From Caldisphaera sp. (lineage in GTDB: Archaea > Thermoproteota > Thermoprotei_A > Sulfolobales > Acidilobaceae): DNA of 52,306 nt. This document shows, one piece after another, positions 10,740-20,562 of this stretch. How positions within the stretch are numbered: position 1 is the first letter of the stretch; each line of letters opens with the position of its first letter. The stretch is taken from positions 1 to 52,306 of the forward strand of contig JBMFKU010000010.1 of assembly GCA_049971805.1 (NCBI GenBank), given 5' to 3'. The notes beneath the pieces were generated by a model. It searched no databases, had not been told where the DNA came from, and saw only the letters and a program-made list of their open reading frames with translations. The position numbers and the translations under genes are program-made.

Positions 10740-10760
10740 TCCATAGGCTTTGCCTATGGA
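10740..10760 (-). terminator. Hairpin plus T-tract at the tRNA-Ala 3' end
   Basis: Minus strand TCCATAGGC-AAA-GCCTATGGA (9-bp perfect stem) followed by TTTTT. Confidence 0.5.
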
Positions 10761-10830
10761 CCGGCCGGGATTTGAACCCGGGGCCTCTCGGATGCCAACC
10801 GAGCGCTCTTCCAGTCTGAGCTACCGGCCC
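10757..10830 (-). tRNA. tRNA-Ala(GGC)
   Basis: GGGCCGGTAGCTCAGACTGGAAGAGCGCTCGGTTGGCATCCGAGAGGCCCCGGGTTCAAATCCCGGCCGGTCCA folds as a cloverleaf; anticodon GGC, G3:U70 pair, no intron, CCA tail not encoded. Confidence 0.97.
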
Positions 10831-10855
10831 TCAATACTGGTTATATTAAAACATG

Positions 10856-10863
10856 TTTATAAG
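10856..10863 (-). promoter_or_regulatory. TATA box of tRNA-Ala
   Basis: CTTATAAA about 26 nt upstream of the mature tRNA 5' end. Confidence 0.55.
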
Positions 10864-10896
10864 AGTTATTTTATTATTAACTATTAATATAAATAA

Positions 10897-11070
10897 TTAA
10901 GATAGCTTTTTTGCAAATTCATCTGCTAGACTGTAGTATTTCTTCTTTAAATCTTCCACTATGTTTTTATATTGATTTTCAAGCTTTGTTTTGTTTTCAT
11001 TATTTTTATTCTGTAACAAATTAACGTATTCTTTTCTTAAATTTTCTGTTGTTTTTTCCACAATAGACAT
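10897..11070 (-). CDS. Small helical hypothetical protein
   Basis: SD GGTGA precedes ATG at 11070 (MSIVEK...); the ORF track starts it at 11082. Confidence 0.6.
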   Translation of the reverse strand: MSIVEKTTENLRKEYVNLLQNKNNENKTKLENQYKNIVEDLKKKYYSLADEFAKKLS

Positions 11071-11117
11071 CGTGATCACCATTTATAGAATTTATTAAGA
11101 ATAAGAATTTAAATATT

Positions 11118-12569
11118 ATGGTTTATTTTTTAATGCTGGTGTTTAATGTGAAATACAATGTAGATAGAAGGTATTTACTTATAGTTTCATTAACAACATC
11201 TTTTGCTGCAATTTTAACTCCTCTCGATAGTACCATCGTAAGTGTTTCTTTACCCTTTATTTCAAAATCGTTAAGGATGAGCTATATAGAAACTATATGG
11301 GTCCCTCTTGGGTATTTGATCGCTTTAACAGTGCTTTTGCTTCCATTAGGTAGGTTTTCTGATATTAAGGGGAAAAAGAAGCTTTTTACAACAGGATATC
11401 TGATATTTATTATTGGCACAATAATGAGCGGATTATCGGTAAATGGATTAGAACTAGATGCTTGGCGTATAGTTCAGGGTATTGGGGCAGCATTTATTTT
11501 ATCTGTTGGAGGAGCAATTATAACTGAATCGTATCCTTCAAATGAAAGAGGTAAAGCCTTTGGTATTTGGTCTTTTTCTGTGTATCTAGGAACTACTATT
11601 GGGCCGTTTGTTGGAGGAATAATAGTAAGTATTACTACATGGAGATTTATATTTTTTGTAACAGCTCCTTTGGCAATAATAGGTTATATATTATCACAAA
11701 TTTATATTAAAGAATCTAAAGTTAGAGTTAATTCTTCCATGGATTATATAGGATCAGGGCTACTAATTGCAAGTCTTCTATTGTTTATTTACGGATTAAC
11801 CTATGGATCATTCGTTGGATGGAATTTATTAGGGATGTTTTCTTTAACAATTGGATTAATATTATTTGTGTCTTTTATTCTATATGAATCTAAGATAAAA
11901 GATAGAGCAATATTAAATATTTCATTGTTAACTAATAATATAATGTTTGCAACAGGAAACTTTGCCGCTCTATTAAACTACACTGGTTATTTTTATTTGT
12001 CATTTTTCATTTCTTTTTATATGCAAAGAATCCTTGGATTTTCTCCTCTAATAACAAGCATAGCATTGATCTCTCTATCATTGTCAATGGTGGTTTTTTC
12101 ACCAATAAGCGGTTATTTGTCTGATAAAATTGGTTCTAGATTTTTAGCAACATTTGGCATGATATTAATTATGATAGGTATGTTACTTTTAATTCCTCTT
12201 GGTTTGCATGCCAAACTAATAGATATTACAGAAAGAATGATTATAATTGGGCTAGGCATGGGTATATTTTCATCTCCAAATACTAGCGCTGTTATGGGTT
12301 CAGTAACAAAAGATAAGTTAGGTGTTGCGTCTGGTACATTAAATATGATGAGATTTTTGGGTCAATCATTAAGTCTAGCAATAGCAAGCCTTATAGTTTC
12401 TGTTTATATACCATCTAAGATTTTATCATCAATATTTACAGGTTTAAACATAAGCAATATTAGTGTATCGTCTCAAGTTTTCTTATTTGGATTGAGAAGG
12501 CTCTATTTAATTACTTCAATACTAATAGCAATTGGAGCAGCGCTTTCTTTTCTTAGAAATAAAGAATAG
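11118..12569 (+). CDS. MFS drug:H+ antiporter, DHA2 (EmrB/QacA) type
   Basis: LDSTIVSVSLP, GRFSDIKGKK, RIVQGIG and GTTIGPFVGG motifs; about 14 TM segments. Confidence 0.9.
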   Translation: MVYFLMLVFNVKYNVDRRYLLIVSLTTSFAAILTPLDSTIVSVSLPFISKSLRMSYIETIWVPLGYLIALTVLLLPLGRFSDIKGKKKLFTTGYLIFIIGTIMSGLSVNGLELDAWRIVQGIGAAFILSVGGAIITESYPSNERGKAFGIWSFSVYLGTTIGPFVGGIIVSITTWRFIFFVTAPLAIIGYILSQIYIKESKVRVNSSMDYIGSGLLIASLLLFIYGLTYGSFVGWNLLGMFSLTIGLILFVSFILYESKIKDRAILNISLLTNNIMFATGNFAALLNYTGYFYLSFFISFYMQRILGFSPLITSIALISLSLSMVVFSPISGYLSDKIGSRFLATFGMILIMIGMLLLIPLGLHAKLIDITERMIIIGLGMGIFSSPNTSAVMGSVTKDKLGVASGTLNMMRFLGQSLSLAIASLIVSVYIPSKILSSIFTGLNISNISVSSQVFLFGLRRLYLITSILIAIGAALSFLRNKE

Positions 12570-12877
12570 CGTGCGGTCTTCCAGGATAAGAGTAAGATGA
12601 TACGGGGTTTTTACCCCCAAGCTCCATCTTCTCCGCAAATTGTGAACGCTTGCATCCGAGCCCAGGTTGCTCCCTTCCGGACCTAGCCAGGTTCTCTCGG
12701 TTAAGACCGTAGCAATCTATCCTCCAATAGATGCCCGGTCTCTGCAAGCTCCACAACGCGAAGTTCATCGAAGCTTAGGGACCTCTCGTATCATTTTACT
12801 CTTATCCTGGAATTACTGGTCCCGCATTGCGCCTTCGGTTATAAGGGACGGCGAATCCCTCAACCCTACCCGCACGC
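12569..12877 (-). ncRNA. ffs: Archaeal SRP (7S) RNA
   Basis: GC-rich ~310 nt; ends pair (GCGTGCGG/CCGCACGC); long helix 5 (TTCCAGGATAAGAGTAA/TTACTCTTATCCTGGAA); helix 8 motif CTAGGTCCGGAAGGGAGCAACC; GGAG-capped helix 6. Confidence 0.95.
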
Positions 12878-12900
12878 ATTTTTATTATATGGAAAAAGAA

Positions 12901-12910
12901 TTATAAAAAA
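12901..12910 (-). promoter_or_regulatory. TATA box of SRP RNA
   Basis: TTTTTTATAA about 24 nt upstream of the RNA 5' end. Confidence 0.6.
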
Positions 12911-12988
12911 CATTTCCTCTCTTATGTATTGATAACCTATTATATAATTCATATTGGTTAAATATTAGTATAACAGATTTTACTGAAA

Positions 12989-13215
12989 TTTAGGTTATAG
13001 ATCTTTTTATGCTAGGTTTATGTCTATTTCTGACCTTCAATCCGCTCTGAAATATGAAAGTCCCATAGATCTTGAGGGTTACCTATAGGAGCTACTCTGA
13101 TTCCTCCCTTCAGGTAGAAGTAAAGTTACTCTAACTCCTCATCCTTAAAGTTGACCTAAGGGAAACATCTCAACCTTCCTTCTTAATTTAGCAACAAGGT
13201 AAAGGTTTCCCTCAT
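12989..13215 (-). mobile_element. Degenerate structured element related to the one at 36930-37110 (possible tnpB-type IS end remnant)
   Basis: GC-elevated intergenic stretch with hairpins (AGGGAAAC/GTTTCCCT); both ends align by eye with the 36930-37110 element. Confidence 0.4.
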
Positions 13216-13353
13216 ATTGAGAAACATACCGTATTTGATTAGTACCTTTTTTAATTTTTGTTTTAAACAAGCCTTAAAAGCTTTACCCGCCATTAATATT
13301 AAGGTTTAACGTTTTTTATCAAAGCATATATTGTTAAGATAAATATTTGAATT

Positions 13354-14223
13354 ATGGGAAATAAGATGAATTACATTGTAGAGACAGAAAGGCTCATTAA
13401 AATATATGGTAATGGAGTAAAGGCGCTAGATGAACTAAATCTAAAATTGAATTCAAGAATTTCTTGCATAATAGGTAGAAATGGAGCTGGAAAAACTACA
13501 TTAGTAAAGATTTTATCTACTCAATTAAAACCAACTTCTGGATTAGCAAGAGTTCTCGGTTATGATGTAATTAATGATAAGCATGAATTAAGGAAAATGA
13601 TTTGTAGTATACCTCAAGAAGTCAAACCAGGAGGAATTTCATCGCCATTAGAACATGTAGTTATGTATCTAACGGCTAGAGGTTTTTCTATTAACGAATC
13701 AATAAGAATAGCTAAAAGGGTTTTGAAAGATATAGGCTTGGGAGATTTTATTGATAGATCTTCCGATGAACTCTCAGGGGGTATGAAAAGGAAGATATTT
13801 GTTGCTATGGCAATTGCCTCAAATGCTGAGATAGTTTTTCTTGATGAACCAACGGTTGGACTTGATCCAATATCTAGGCTTGAAGTTTGGGGTGCGATAA
13901 GGGAATTGAAAGGAAATGTTATATTAACAACCCATTATATGGAAGAAGCTGAAACATTGTGCGATCAAATAGCAATTGTTGATAAAGGAAGAGTAATAAG
14001 AACAGGTACACTAAGCGAACTTATGGAACCATTGAAAGGAAAAGTGAGAGTAGAAGGCATAGGAGATATAAAAATTGGGGATCTAAAGATCTCATATTTA
14101 TCTGCAAATGATGCAAAATATTTGCTTGAAAAAAATATTTACACAAAAATTACAATAAAGCCGGTAAGCTTAGAAGACATATTGATTTTAAGTGGTGTTG
14201 AAATTGAAAGGGATGAAAATTAA
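13354..14223 (+). CDS. ABC-2 type exporter ATP-binding subunit
   Basis: Walker A GRNGAGKT, signature LSGGMKR, Walker B FLDEPT and TTHY motif. Confidence 0.93.
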   Translation: MGNKMNYIVETERLIKIYGNGVKALDELNLKLNSRISCIIGRNGAGKTTLVKILSTQLKPTSGLARVLGYDVINDKHELRKMICSIPQEVKPGGISSPLEHVVMYLTARGFSINESIRIAKRVLKDIGLGDFIDRSSDELSGGMKRKIFVAMAIASNAEIVFLDEPTVGLDPISRLEVWGAIRELKGNVILTTHYMEEAETLCDQIAIVDKGRVIRTGTLSELMEPLKGKVRVEGIGDIKIGDLKISYLSANDAKYLLEKNIYTKITIKPVSLEDILILSGVEIERDEN

Positions 14224-14938
14224 TTGGAGATTTATTATAGCATTTATTTGGTTCTATGGCTATTCTTCAATTAAAAGAGGTTTTTACTATGTTTTGTCAT
14301 ATTTGGCATTACCTCTTTCTCTTCTCTTCTTTATTTACATAGTTAGTAGGGGTCGTTTGATTCAATACGCAATACTTGGTGGGATTATATCAATAATAAC
14401 AGGTAATGCGTTAACAGCTATAGGTGATACATCATTTTATAGGCTGGAGTTGAAGATTCAAGATTTATTGGTTGCTGCGGACGTTTCTCCGATAGAATAT
14501 TTAATGGGACTAGGTTTTGGTAATTTAATATATTCGTTACCAGGTCTATTAGTATATATAATTATAGGTTTCATATACCATATTTTTGGTTTTGCTTTAT
14601 TGGGATGGACAATCCTAACATTAATAATCGTAATGATTTCATCAACAGGATTAGCCTATTTAACTGGAAGCAGGGTTAGCCACATGAGAAATGCATGGGG
14701 TGTCGGATCTTTTTTATCAGTTATACTTACAATGCTACCCCCTCTTTATTACCCATATACTTATTTGCCCAAATATGCTCTATATCCCTTGCTATTATCT
14801 CCAGCTACACCTGCATCGATATTTCTTCAAGATATTTTAGCTAAGGGCCGATTAGATTTCATATTTCTTATTATACTTATAATAGAAACTATAATCTACA
14901 TATACATGGCATTGTATTTGGGTAGATGGGAAGAATAA
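14192..14938 (+). CDS. ABC-2 type exporter permease
   Basis: About 6 TM segments; overlaps the ATPase gene; PPLYYP motif. Confidence 0.85.
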   Translation: MVLKLKGMKINWRFIIAFIWFYGYSSIKRGFYYVLSYLALPLSLLFFIYIVSRGRLIQYAILGGIISIITGNALTAIGDTSFYRLELKIQDLLVAADVSPIEYLMGLGFGNLIYSLPGLLVYIIIGFIYHIFGFALLGWTILTLIIVMISSTGLAYLTGSRVSHMRNAWGVGSFLSVILTMLPPLYYPYTYLPKYALYPLLLSPATPASIFLQDILAKGRLDFIFLIILIIETIIYIYMALYLGRWEE

Positions 14939-15140
14939 TTTATGTATTATAAGATTCAAAGACTTTTCATTTTATATAATTTTCTAGAGCTTTATAGGTT
15001 TTTTATATGTTATATAAGATTTGTCTAATGAAATCATTATGTTACAAATATTTTTTAAATATTGTTATAACTTAAATTTATTCTTAAAATATTAGGAAAA
15101 CATATAATCATTTTTCTAATATATAATAAGGGAGAGTAAA

Positions 15141-15938
15141 ATGTGCAGGATGTTTTTATCAGTTTCGGAAAAAAATGAACTACTAAAGGTTTATGAATCT
15201 TTAAGAAAGGCAGCAGAAAGTGATATTTTTTATAATAAAGTTCAGCATAATTCAGGATGGGGTTGTTTTATAGCCAATAAACAAGAATCTATATTATATA
15301 AAACTCTTACGCCTATATATAAAGACAAAGAAATTTTAAATGCATTAAAGGATAATCAACATGCATTAAAGGATAATCAACTTTATTATTCAATCTTCCA
15401 TGCAAGGCTAGCAGGTGAAAATCAACCTACTAGAGGCTTTGTGGATTCTCATCCTTATGTTATTTATACAGATGATAGTTTAATTGCTTTGGCGCATAAT
15501 GGTAGCATTGAAAAAAATGCTGTCAGCAAGGAATTAAATTTAAGACCAGAATTATATACTGACACAGAAATTCTTGCATTACTATTTAAAAAATTTCAGG
15601 AATATGACATAGAAAAGGCTTTAGGAGAAGTCAATAAATATATAAAAGATATTGGGGCATTTAATGGTACTTTTAACGTTATAGCAATTAAAATTAAAAG
15701 ACAAGAAAGTACAATTTCTCTTTCTTCTGCATGCGTATCAGATTATCCTAATGAAGAAAACAAAAAATATAGAACCATGATATTGTTTAACAATGGTAAA
15801 ACATTTTTAGCTATGTCATCGACTGTTGCATATTATTATGGAATCATTGATGAAAATTTAGAATTAAAAAATACAAATAGCAAAATTTGTGATATAGGAA
15901 AAGTTTATTCTAGCAACATTCTCCTTAGTAAAGCATGA
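15141..15938 (+). CDS. Stand-alone class II (Ntn) glutamine amidotransferase, YafJ/EgtC-like
   Basis: N-terminal nucleophile MCRM, HNSGWG, HARLA, SHP, AHNG and TDTE motifs. Confidence 0.85.
   Translation: MCRMFLSVSEKNELLKVYESLRKAAESDIFYNKVQHNSGWGCFIANKQESILYKTLTPIYKDKEILNALKDNQHALKDNQLYYSIFHARLAGENQPTRGFVDSHPYVIYTDDSLIALAHNGSIEKNAVSKELNLRPELYTDTEILALLFKKFQEYDIEKALGEVNKYIKDIGAFNGTFNVIAIKIKRQESTISLSSACVSDYPNEENKKYRTMILFNNGKTFLAMSSTVAYYYGIIDENLELKNTNSKICDIGKVYSSNILLSKA
15340..15381 (+). repeat. Exact 21-nt in-frame tandem duplication
   Basis: atgcattaaaggataatcaac x2 (ALKDNQ repeated). Confidence 0.95.
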
Positions 15939-16026
15939 TCAGTTATTCATTAAAATAAATTTAAGTGTATGAAGTATATATAAAAACTATTTATACATAG
16001 ACAAAGGAATCTATTTTGGGAGAAAT

Positions 16027-17199
16027 ATGGCTAACAACAATAGACCAATAGAATATTTGGCAATGACAAGAATTCTTAGAAGCATTTCAGCTGGAATGAT
16101 AGCTATAGTATATCCATATATCACCATAAAGATGTTACATATGAGCATATTTACATTAGGATTAATTTATGCTTCAGCAGGTTTTTCTACAGCCGTTTTT
16201 TCTTTAATTTTTGGCTATTTTGCTGATTTATTAGGAAGAAAAAACGGCCTATATCTATCTTCTCTTCTTTTAATTTTATCTTTTATCTCTTTATTTATAA
16301 AAATTAATTTCTCAACGGCAGTAATATCTGCAGTCCTAGGGGGAATAAGCAATACAGGCTCGATGGCTGGAGGAGGTATTGGAGGAGCATTTGCTCCAGT
16401 ACAAAATACTATTATAGCGGATCTAACATCTAGAAAAAATAGAACAACTCTTTTGTCATTATTGTCATTTTTTGGCAATATAGCAGCAGCTGGAGGGACA
16501 TTATTGGGAGGAGTTTTTAGCTATAATATGGAAATACTGCTTGCGCTAATAATAAGCATTGCAGCCTTTTTACTTATAATACCTATGAAGATCCCAGAAG
16601 TTAAGGCAAAGGAATGGAAAATAAAATCAACAGGAACAACTGCAAAATTTTCAATTACAGGAATTCTTAATGGCCTATCAAGTGGTTTAATAACGCCATA
16701 CCTAATTCCATTTTTTATAATGTTTTATGATTTACCAAGGCCCATAATGAGCATCTACTCTACCATAGCTTCATTACTAGCTACGTTTTCAATGCTTTTA
16801 GCCCCTAGAATAGAAAGCCATATGAGTTTCGTAAAAGCAATAACTATAACTAGTGGAATTACTGTGCCTTTAATGATTGCATTTCCTTTCGTTCATATGC
16901 TTTATATATCTGTGATGCTTTATATATTCTATCCTATGTTAAGAGTTATAGCAATACCCATACAACAATCCGCCATGCTATCTATGGTTCCACCAGAAGA
17001 AAGAGGAAGGATATCCGGATATAATCAAGGTTCAAGACTAGGTTTTTCATCTCTCGGGGTCGTGATCGGAGCTCCTCTTATGAATTTTACCAGCTATTAT
17101 ATACCGTTTATATCATCAAGTCTATTGGTAGCAATAAACGTGTATTTATATAATTTATTCTTTAGCAAAGGAGAAACAAAAATTAGTATTGCAGAATAA
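16027..17199 (+). CDS. MFS transporter (12 TM)
   Basis: Motif A GYFADLLGRK; PPEERGRISG in the C-terminal half. Confidence 0.88.
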   Translation: MANNNRPIEYLAMTRILRSISAGMIAIVYPYITIKMLHMSIFTLGLIYASAGFSTAVFSLIFGYFADLLGRKNGLYLSSLLLILSFISLFIKINFSTAVISAVLGGISNTGSMAGGGIGGAFAPVQNTIIADLTSRKNRTTLLSLLSFFGNIAAAGGTLLGGVFSYNMEILLALIISIAAFLLIIPMKIPEVKAKEWKIKSTGTTAKFSITGILNGLSSGLITPYLIPFFIMFYDLPRPIMSIYSTIASLLATFSMLLAPRIESHMSFVKAITITSGITVPLMIAFPFVHMLYISVMLYIFYPMLRVIAIPIQQSAMLSMVPPEERGRISGYNQGSRLGFSSLGVVIGAPLMNFTSYYIPFISSSLLVAINVYLYNLFFSKGETKISIAE

Positions 17200-17273
17200 A
17201 CTTACGCCTTATAAAAATTTTATCATAAATTTATAATATTATATTTTTGAATGAAATATAAAGGGCGAAAAAC

Positions 17274-18071
17274 ATGATTGGCAATGACTATTTAAGGAAG
17301 ATGTTGTTAGATGTTTCATCAAAGTCTATTGACTATTTAAGGAAGAATTTTTGTAATAATAGCGAGCTAGAATTAATAAGGGGAGAAACGATTAAGGCCG
17401 ATTTGATTTCAGAAAAAATAATCATAGATGAGCTGAAAAAATATGATATAAGCTTTAAAATTGTTACAGAGGAATCAAATGTTGTAGGCTCAGGAGACTA
17501 TACATTTGTTGTGGATCCATTAGATGGAAGTGTAAACTATGAAAATTGCATTCCTTGGTGCTCAGTTTCTATAGCAGTATTACCTCCAAGAAGTAAAGAA
17601 ATAATCGCTGGAGTAGTCTCCCCAGTTTCTTCTGGCATGCCATTTTCTTTTGCAAAAGGCTACGGGTGCTATGAGGGAAATAAAAGGATAGAGATAAACA
17701 AAGAAAATAAATCAAACATAATTTTTACTTATGTTGAAAGCGAGAAGGAAGCTAATATTATGGCTTCCATAGTAAAAGAAAAACGCGGTTTAAAACTTAG
17801 AAGCTTAGGAAGTTCTGCTTTAGAATTGATTTATACTTCCTTAAACAGATCCTATGCATTTGTTGATTTAAGAAGTAAGTTAAGAAACGTAGATGTAGCT
17901 GCTGCATTAGGTTTTTTAAGTGAATGCGGGGGAATAGCGTTTGATGAAAAAGGCAATAGTTTAACTATTGATACTGATAAGGTTAGCGTGATAGGTAATG
18001 TAATAGCATCATTTAATAAAAGTAATGTTGTCAATATAATCAAAATTCTATCAAATAAAAATATTGTTTAG
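17274..18071 (+). CDS. Inositol monophosphatase / FBPase (class IV) family
   Basis: TEE, VDPLDGSVNY, LRSLGSSALEL and DVAA motifs. Confidence 0.9.
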   Translation: MIGNDYLRKMLLDVSSKSIDYLRKNFCNNSELELIRGETIKADLISEKIIIDELKKYDISFKIVTEESNVVGSGDYTFVVDPLDGSVNYENCIPWCSVSIAVLPPRSKEIIAGVVSPVSSGMPFSFAKGYGCYEGNKRIEINKENKSNIIFTYVESEKEANIMASIVKEKRGLKLRSLGSSALELIYTSLNRSYAFVDLRSKLRNVDVAAALGFLSECGGIAFDEKGNSLTIDTDKVSVIGNVIASFNKSNVVNIIKILSNKNIV

Positions 18072-18072
18072 C

Positions 18073-19161
18073 CTATATATTATTTAAATTCCTAACATCT
18101 TTTGGTATTTTACATCTTAAAATAGCTATTATACCCCCTAATCCTTCTATGCTAGGAGCTATTAAAGAGTCTTCAGTAATTATAAAAATCTTTGCGTTTG
18201 TTTTTTCTGCATTTTCTATTATCTCTTCAGCCATTTGCCTTTCATCATCATTTATGTTATATAAAAGCTTGTCAATAACAACGACTTTATCTATAGCTCC
18301 GATTTTCGCAGCATAATAAACATCTTTTAATGTATATGCTACCATATCTGAATTATTAACTACATTTTTCATAAATTCTTCAAGAACTTCTTGGGCCAGT
18401 ATTGTTGTAAACTCTCTTAATACATTTATTATAGTTTGCCTTCTAAGTATTTCGTTAATACCAGCAAATCCTCCGTTTGAAACATTATCTACTATTACTT
18501 TCAGTTTGTTATTATTAATTTTTATTTTTTCTGCTAGTCTATCCTTTAAGTAACCTGGACCAGCAATGACTAATATATTAATTTTTTCTTTTGATATATA
18601 GTTTATTATTCTGCTATTAACTTCATTTAAAACATGCTCTATTTCTTCTTCTCTATTAGGGCTATCCTTTCCACTAATATTGAGAGTTTGATTTTCAAGT
18701 TGATATACTCCTAAAGACGTTATTAAAGAAATTGTGTATTCATCATAATCTATTGCCACAATTAAAGCTCTACCTTTAGGCCCGCTTGATTTAAATTTGT
18801 TTATTGTTCTATCGTCCCATTTGGGATATCTTTCAATTATAATTTTTTGTCCAATTGATATATATGCTGATTGATGTTTTCCTTTTACTCCAAACTTTTC
18901 TGGCCCCTCTTCTATAATTCCAAATATTCTTAACTTACCAGTTAAGGGCTGAAATTCTGTTTTTTCTACTCTTAACTTTATGTCGATAGGTCTCCTCTCT
19001 TTAGATTTAGAATCCTTTAAAGATATATCTCTTAAAACTTTTGTATAAATAAAATCCCCTCTCTTTAGATTTAACATGATTATCCATAGATCCTCTTCGC
19101 TTTCAGGCACTACCCAGATTTGATTTTTATTGTTATTTATCTCTATCTTCATGGTTTTCAC
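18073..19161 (-). CDS. pelA: Pelota (aDom34) ribosome rescue factor
   Basis: PESEEDLW, LRIFGII, GKHQ, AGPG and LGGIIAILR; eRF1-like domains without GGQ. Confidence 0.9.
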   Translation of the reverse strand: MKTMKIEINNNKNQIWVVPESEEDLWIIMLNLKRGDFIYTKVLRDISLKDSKSKERRPIDIKLRVEKTEFQPLTGKLRIFGIIEEGPEKFGVKGKHQSAYISIGQKIIIERYPKWDDRTINKFKSSGPKGRALIVAIDYDEYTISLITSLGVYQLENQTLNISGKDSPNREEEIEHVLNEVNSRIINYISKEKINILVIAGPGYLKDRLAEKIKINNNKLKVIVDNVSNGGFAGINEILRRQTIINVLREFTTILAQEVLEEFMKNVVNNSDMVAYTLKDVYYAAKIGAIDKVVVIDKLLYNINDDERQMAEEIIENAEKTNAKIFIITEDSLIAPSIEGLGGIIAILRCKIPKDVRNLNNI

Positions 19162-19560
19162 TATTCTTCTACATGATACTAATTAAATTCTCTTATCTTA
19201 AGATTTCCCATTTGAGTTAAGAACTATCCGATCTTAAATAAGCTTACTTTAAATTATTTATCAATTTTTCGATTTGAATTTTTTTTAAAATTAAAGATAG
19301 AATTATCTATTCATGTTATCTTTTTATTTCATTTACATGCTTCATTTAGGCCTTTCTAAAGAAATTTTATCTTTTTTGTTATTTTGTAATGATTATACTA
19401 TTATAAATTTTATGTAAGATTAAAACAATAAGTTTTTCTAAATAATCATAAATTTGCTTAATGCCATTCAAATGCTTATGCATTCGATAGTATGCTAATG
19501 TATATTTTGAATATATGTTTTGAATAATATAAAAGTTTCAGAAAACTTAAATATTATGAA

Positions 19561-20262
19561 ATGTATAAAAAATGTGGAGGAATAAATTTGGCTGTAGATC
19601 CAAGAAGGACTTTACCGACGAAAATTAATTTGATAAGGTTAAAAAGAGATCTTGCTATGATCAGAAGAGTAAGGAGAGTTATGGAAGAAAAAAGAGAAGT
19701 GCTACTACATTATATAAGAAGTACTGCAGAAGATTATAATAAATATCAAAATGAGGTTTTCGGAAACATTGTTGGTCTTTTTACATCATATTATAGAGGG
19801 GTTGCATCAGAAGGTTTATTAAAGGTCAATGAGTATGCAGAGTCGGTTCAAGAAAGCTTTAAGATAAAAACTGGGATTAGAGTTTTGTTTTCGGTGAAGA
19901 CTCCGATCTTTTCTCCAATTCTTGAAAGCCTGGCTAATCCTGCATTTCAACCTGGTTCTTCTCCAGATTTGATAGAAAGTTATATTAAACTAAAAGAAAT
20001 ATTACCGTCAATACTTAATTTGGCTATGTATGAAGAAACCATTTTAAGGCTCATTGATGAATTAAAAGATACTCAAAGATTGATAAATGCCCTTGATTAC
20101 GTCATATTGCCAAGTTATGAAAAAACAATCAAATATATTACTTCAGTGCTTGACGAACGTATGAGAGAAGATTTCGTTAGATTGAAAATGCTTAAAAGAA
20201 AACGTGTTCAAGCTGAAGAAAAAACGCAAGAAGTTATTATGGAACGACGATCCCAACAATAA
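19561..20262 (+). CDS. atpD: A/V-type ATP synthase subunit D
   Basis: PTKINLIRLK, TQRLINALDYVILP and LDERMREDFVRLK motifs; likely TTG start at 19588 after SD GGAGG. Confidence 0.92.
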   Translation: MYKKCGGINLAVDPRRTLPTKINLIRLKRDLAMIRRVRRVMEEKREVLLHYIRSTAEDYNKYQNEVFGNIVGLFTSYYRGVASEGLLKVNEYAESVQESFKIKTGIRVLFSVKTPIFSPILESLANPAFQPGSSPDLIESYIKLKEILPSILNLAMYEETILRLIDELKDTQRLINALDYVILPSYEKTIKYITSVLDERMREDFVRLKMLKRKRVQAEEKTQEVIMERRSQQ

Positions 20263-20488
20263 CCAGTATAATTCCTAGGGCGAGCAGTAATTTAAGAAAT
20301 CCTGACGGTGTTAAATTCCATGTAGCTCTTAATGCCTTCGCCAAAACTATTATAACACCAGCTATAACAAATGTTAGCAAAATTGCAACACCAGCAAATG
20401 CTATATAATAGCTTACTCCGTTTGTTGAAACACCTGGGATGTGAGATATTATCATACCAAATATCTGATGTATAGCCTGAAGAGACAT
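20237..20488 (-). CDS. Small two-TM membrane protein of unknown function
   Basis: SD AGGTG before ATG; two hydrophobic helices; co-oriented 74 nt downstream of the RecQ-like gene. Confidence 0.7.
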   Translation of the reverse strand: MSLQAIHQIFGMIISHIPGVSTNGVSYYIAFAGVAILLTFVIAGVIIVLAKALRATWNLTPSGFLKLLLALGIILVIVGIVVP

Positions 20489-20562
20489 ATTTTACACCTT
20501 CATATATTAAACTAATCCTGAAAAAAACTTAGTCTATAATAGTTAGTATTACTTACTTTCAT

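Noticed and set aside
12553-12906. ORFs 12553-12768 (-) and 12667-12906 (+)
   Set aside because: They lie on the SRP RNA gene; open frames are expected by chance in GC-rich structural RNA.
20237-20488. Calling the small membrane protein CedA1/CedA2 or a pilin
   Set aside because: No cedA/cedB neighbours and no class III signal peptide; only the topology is similar.
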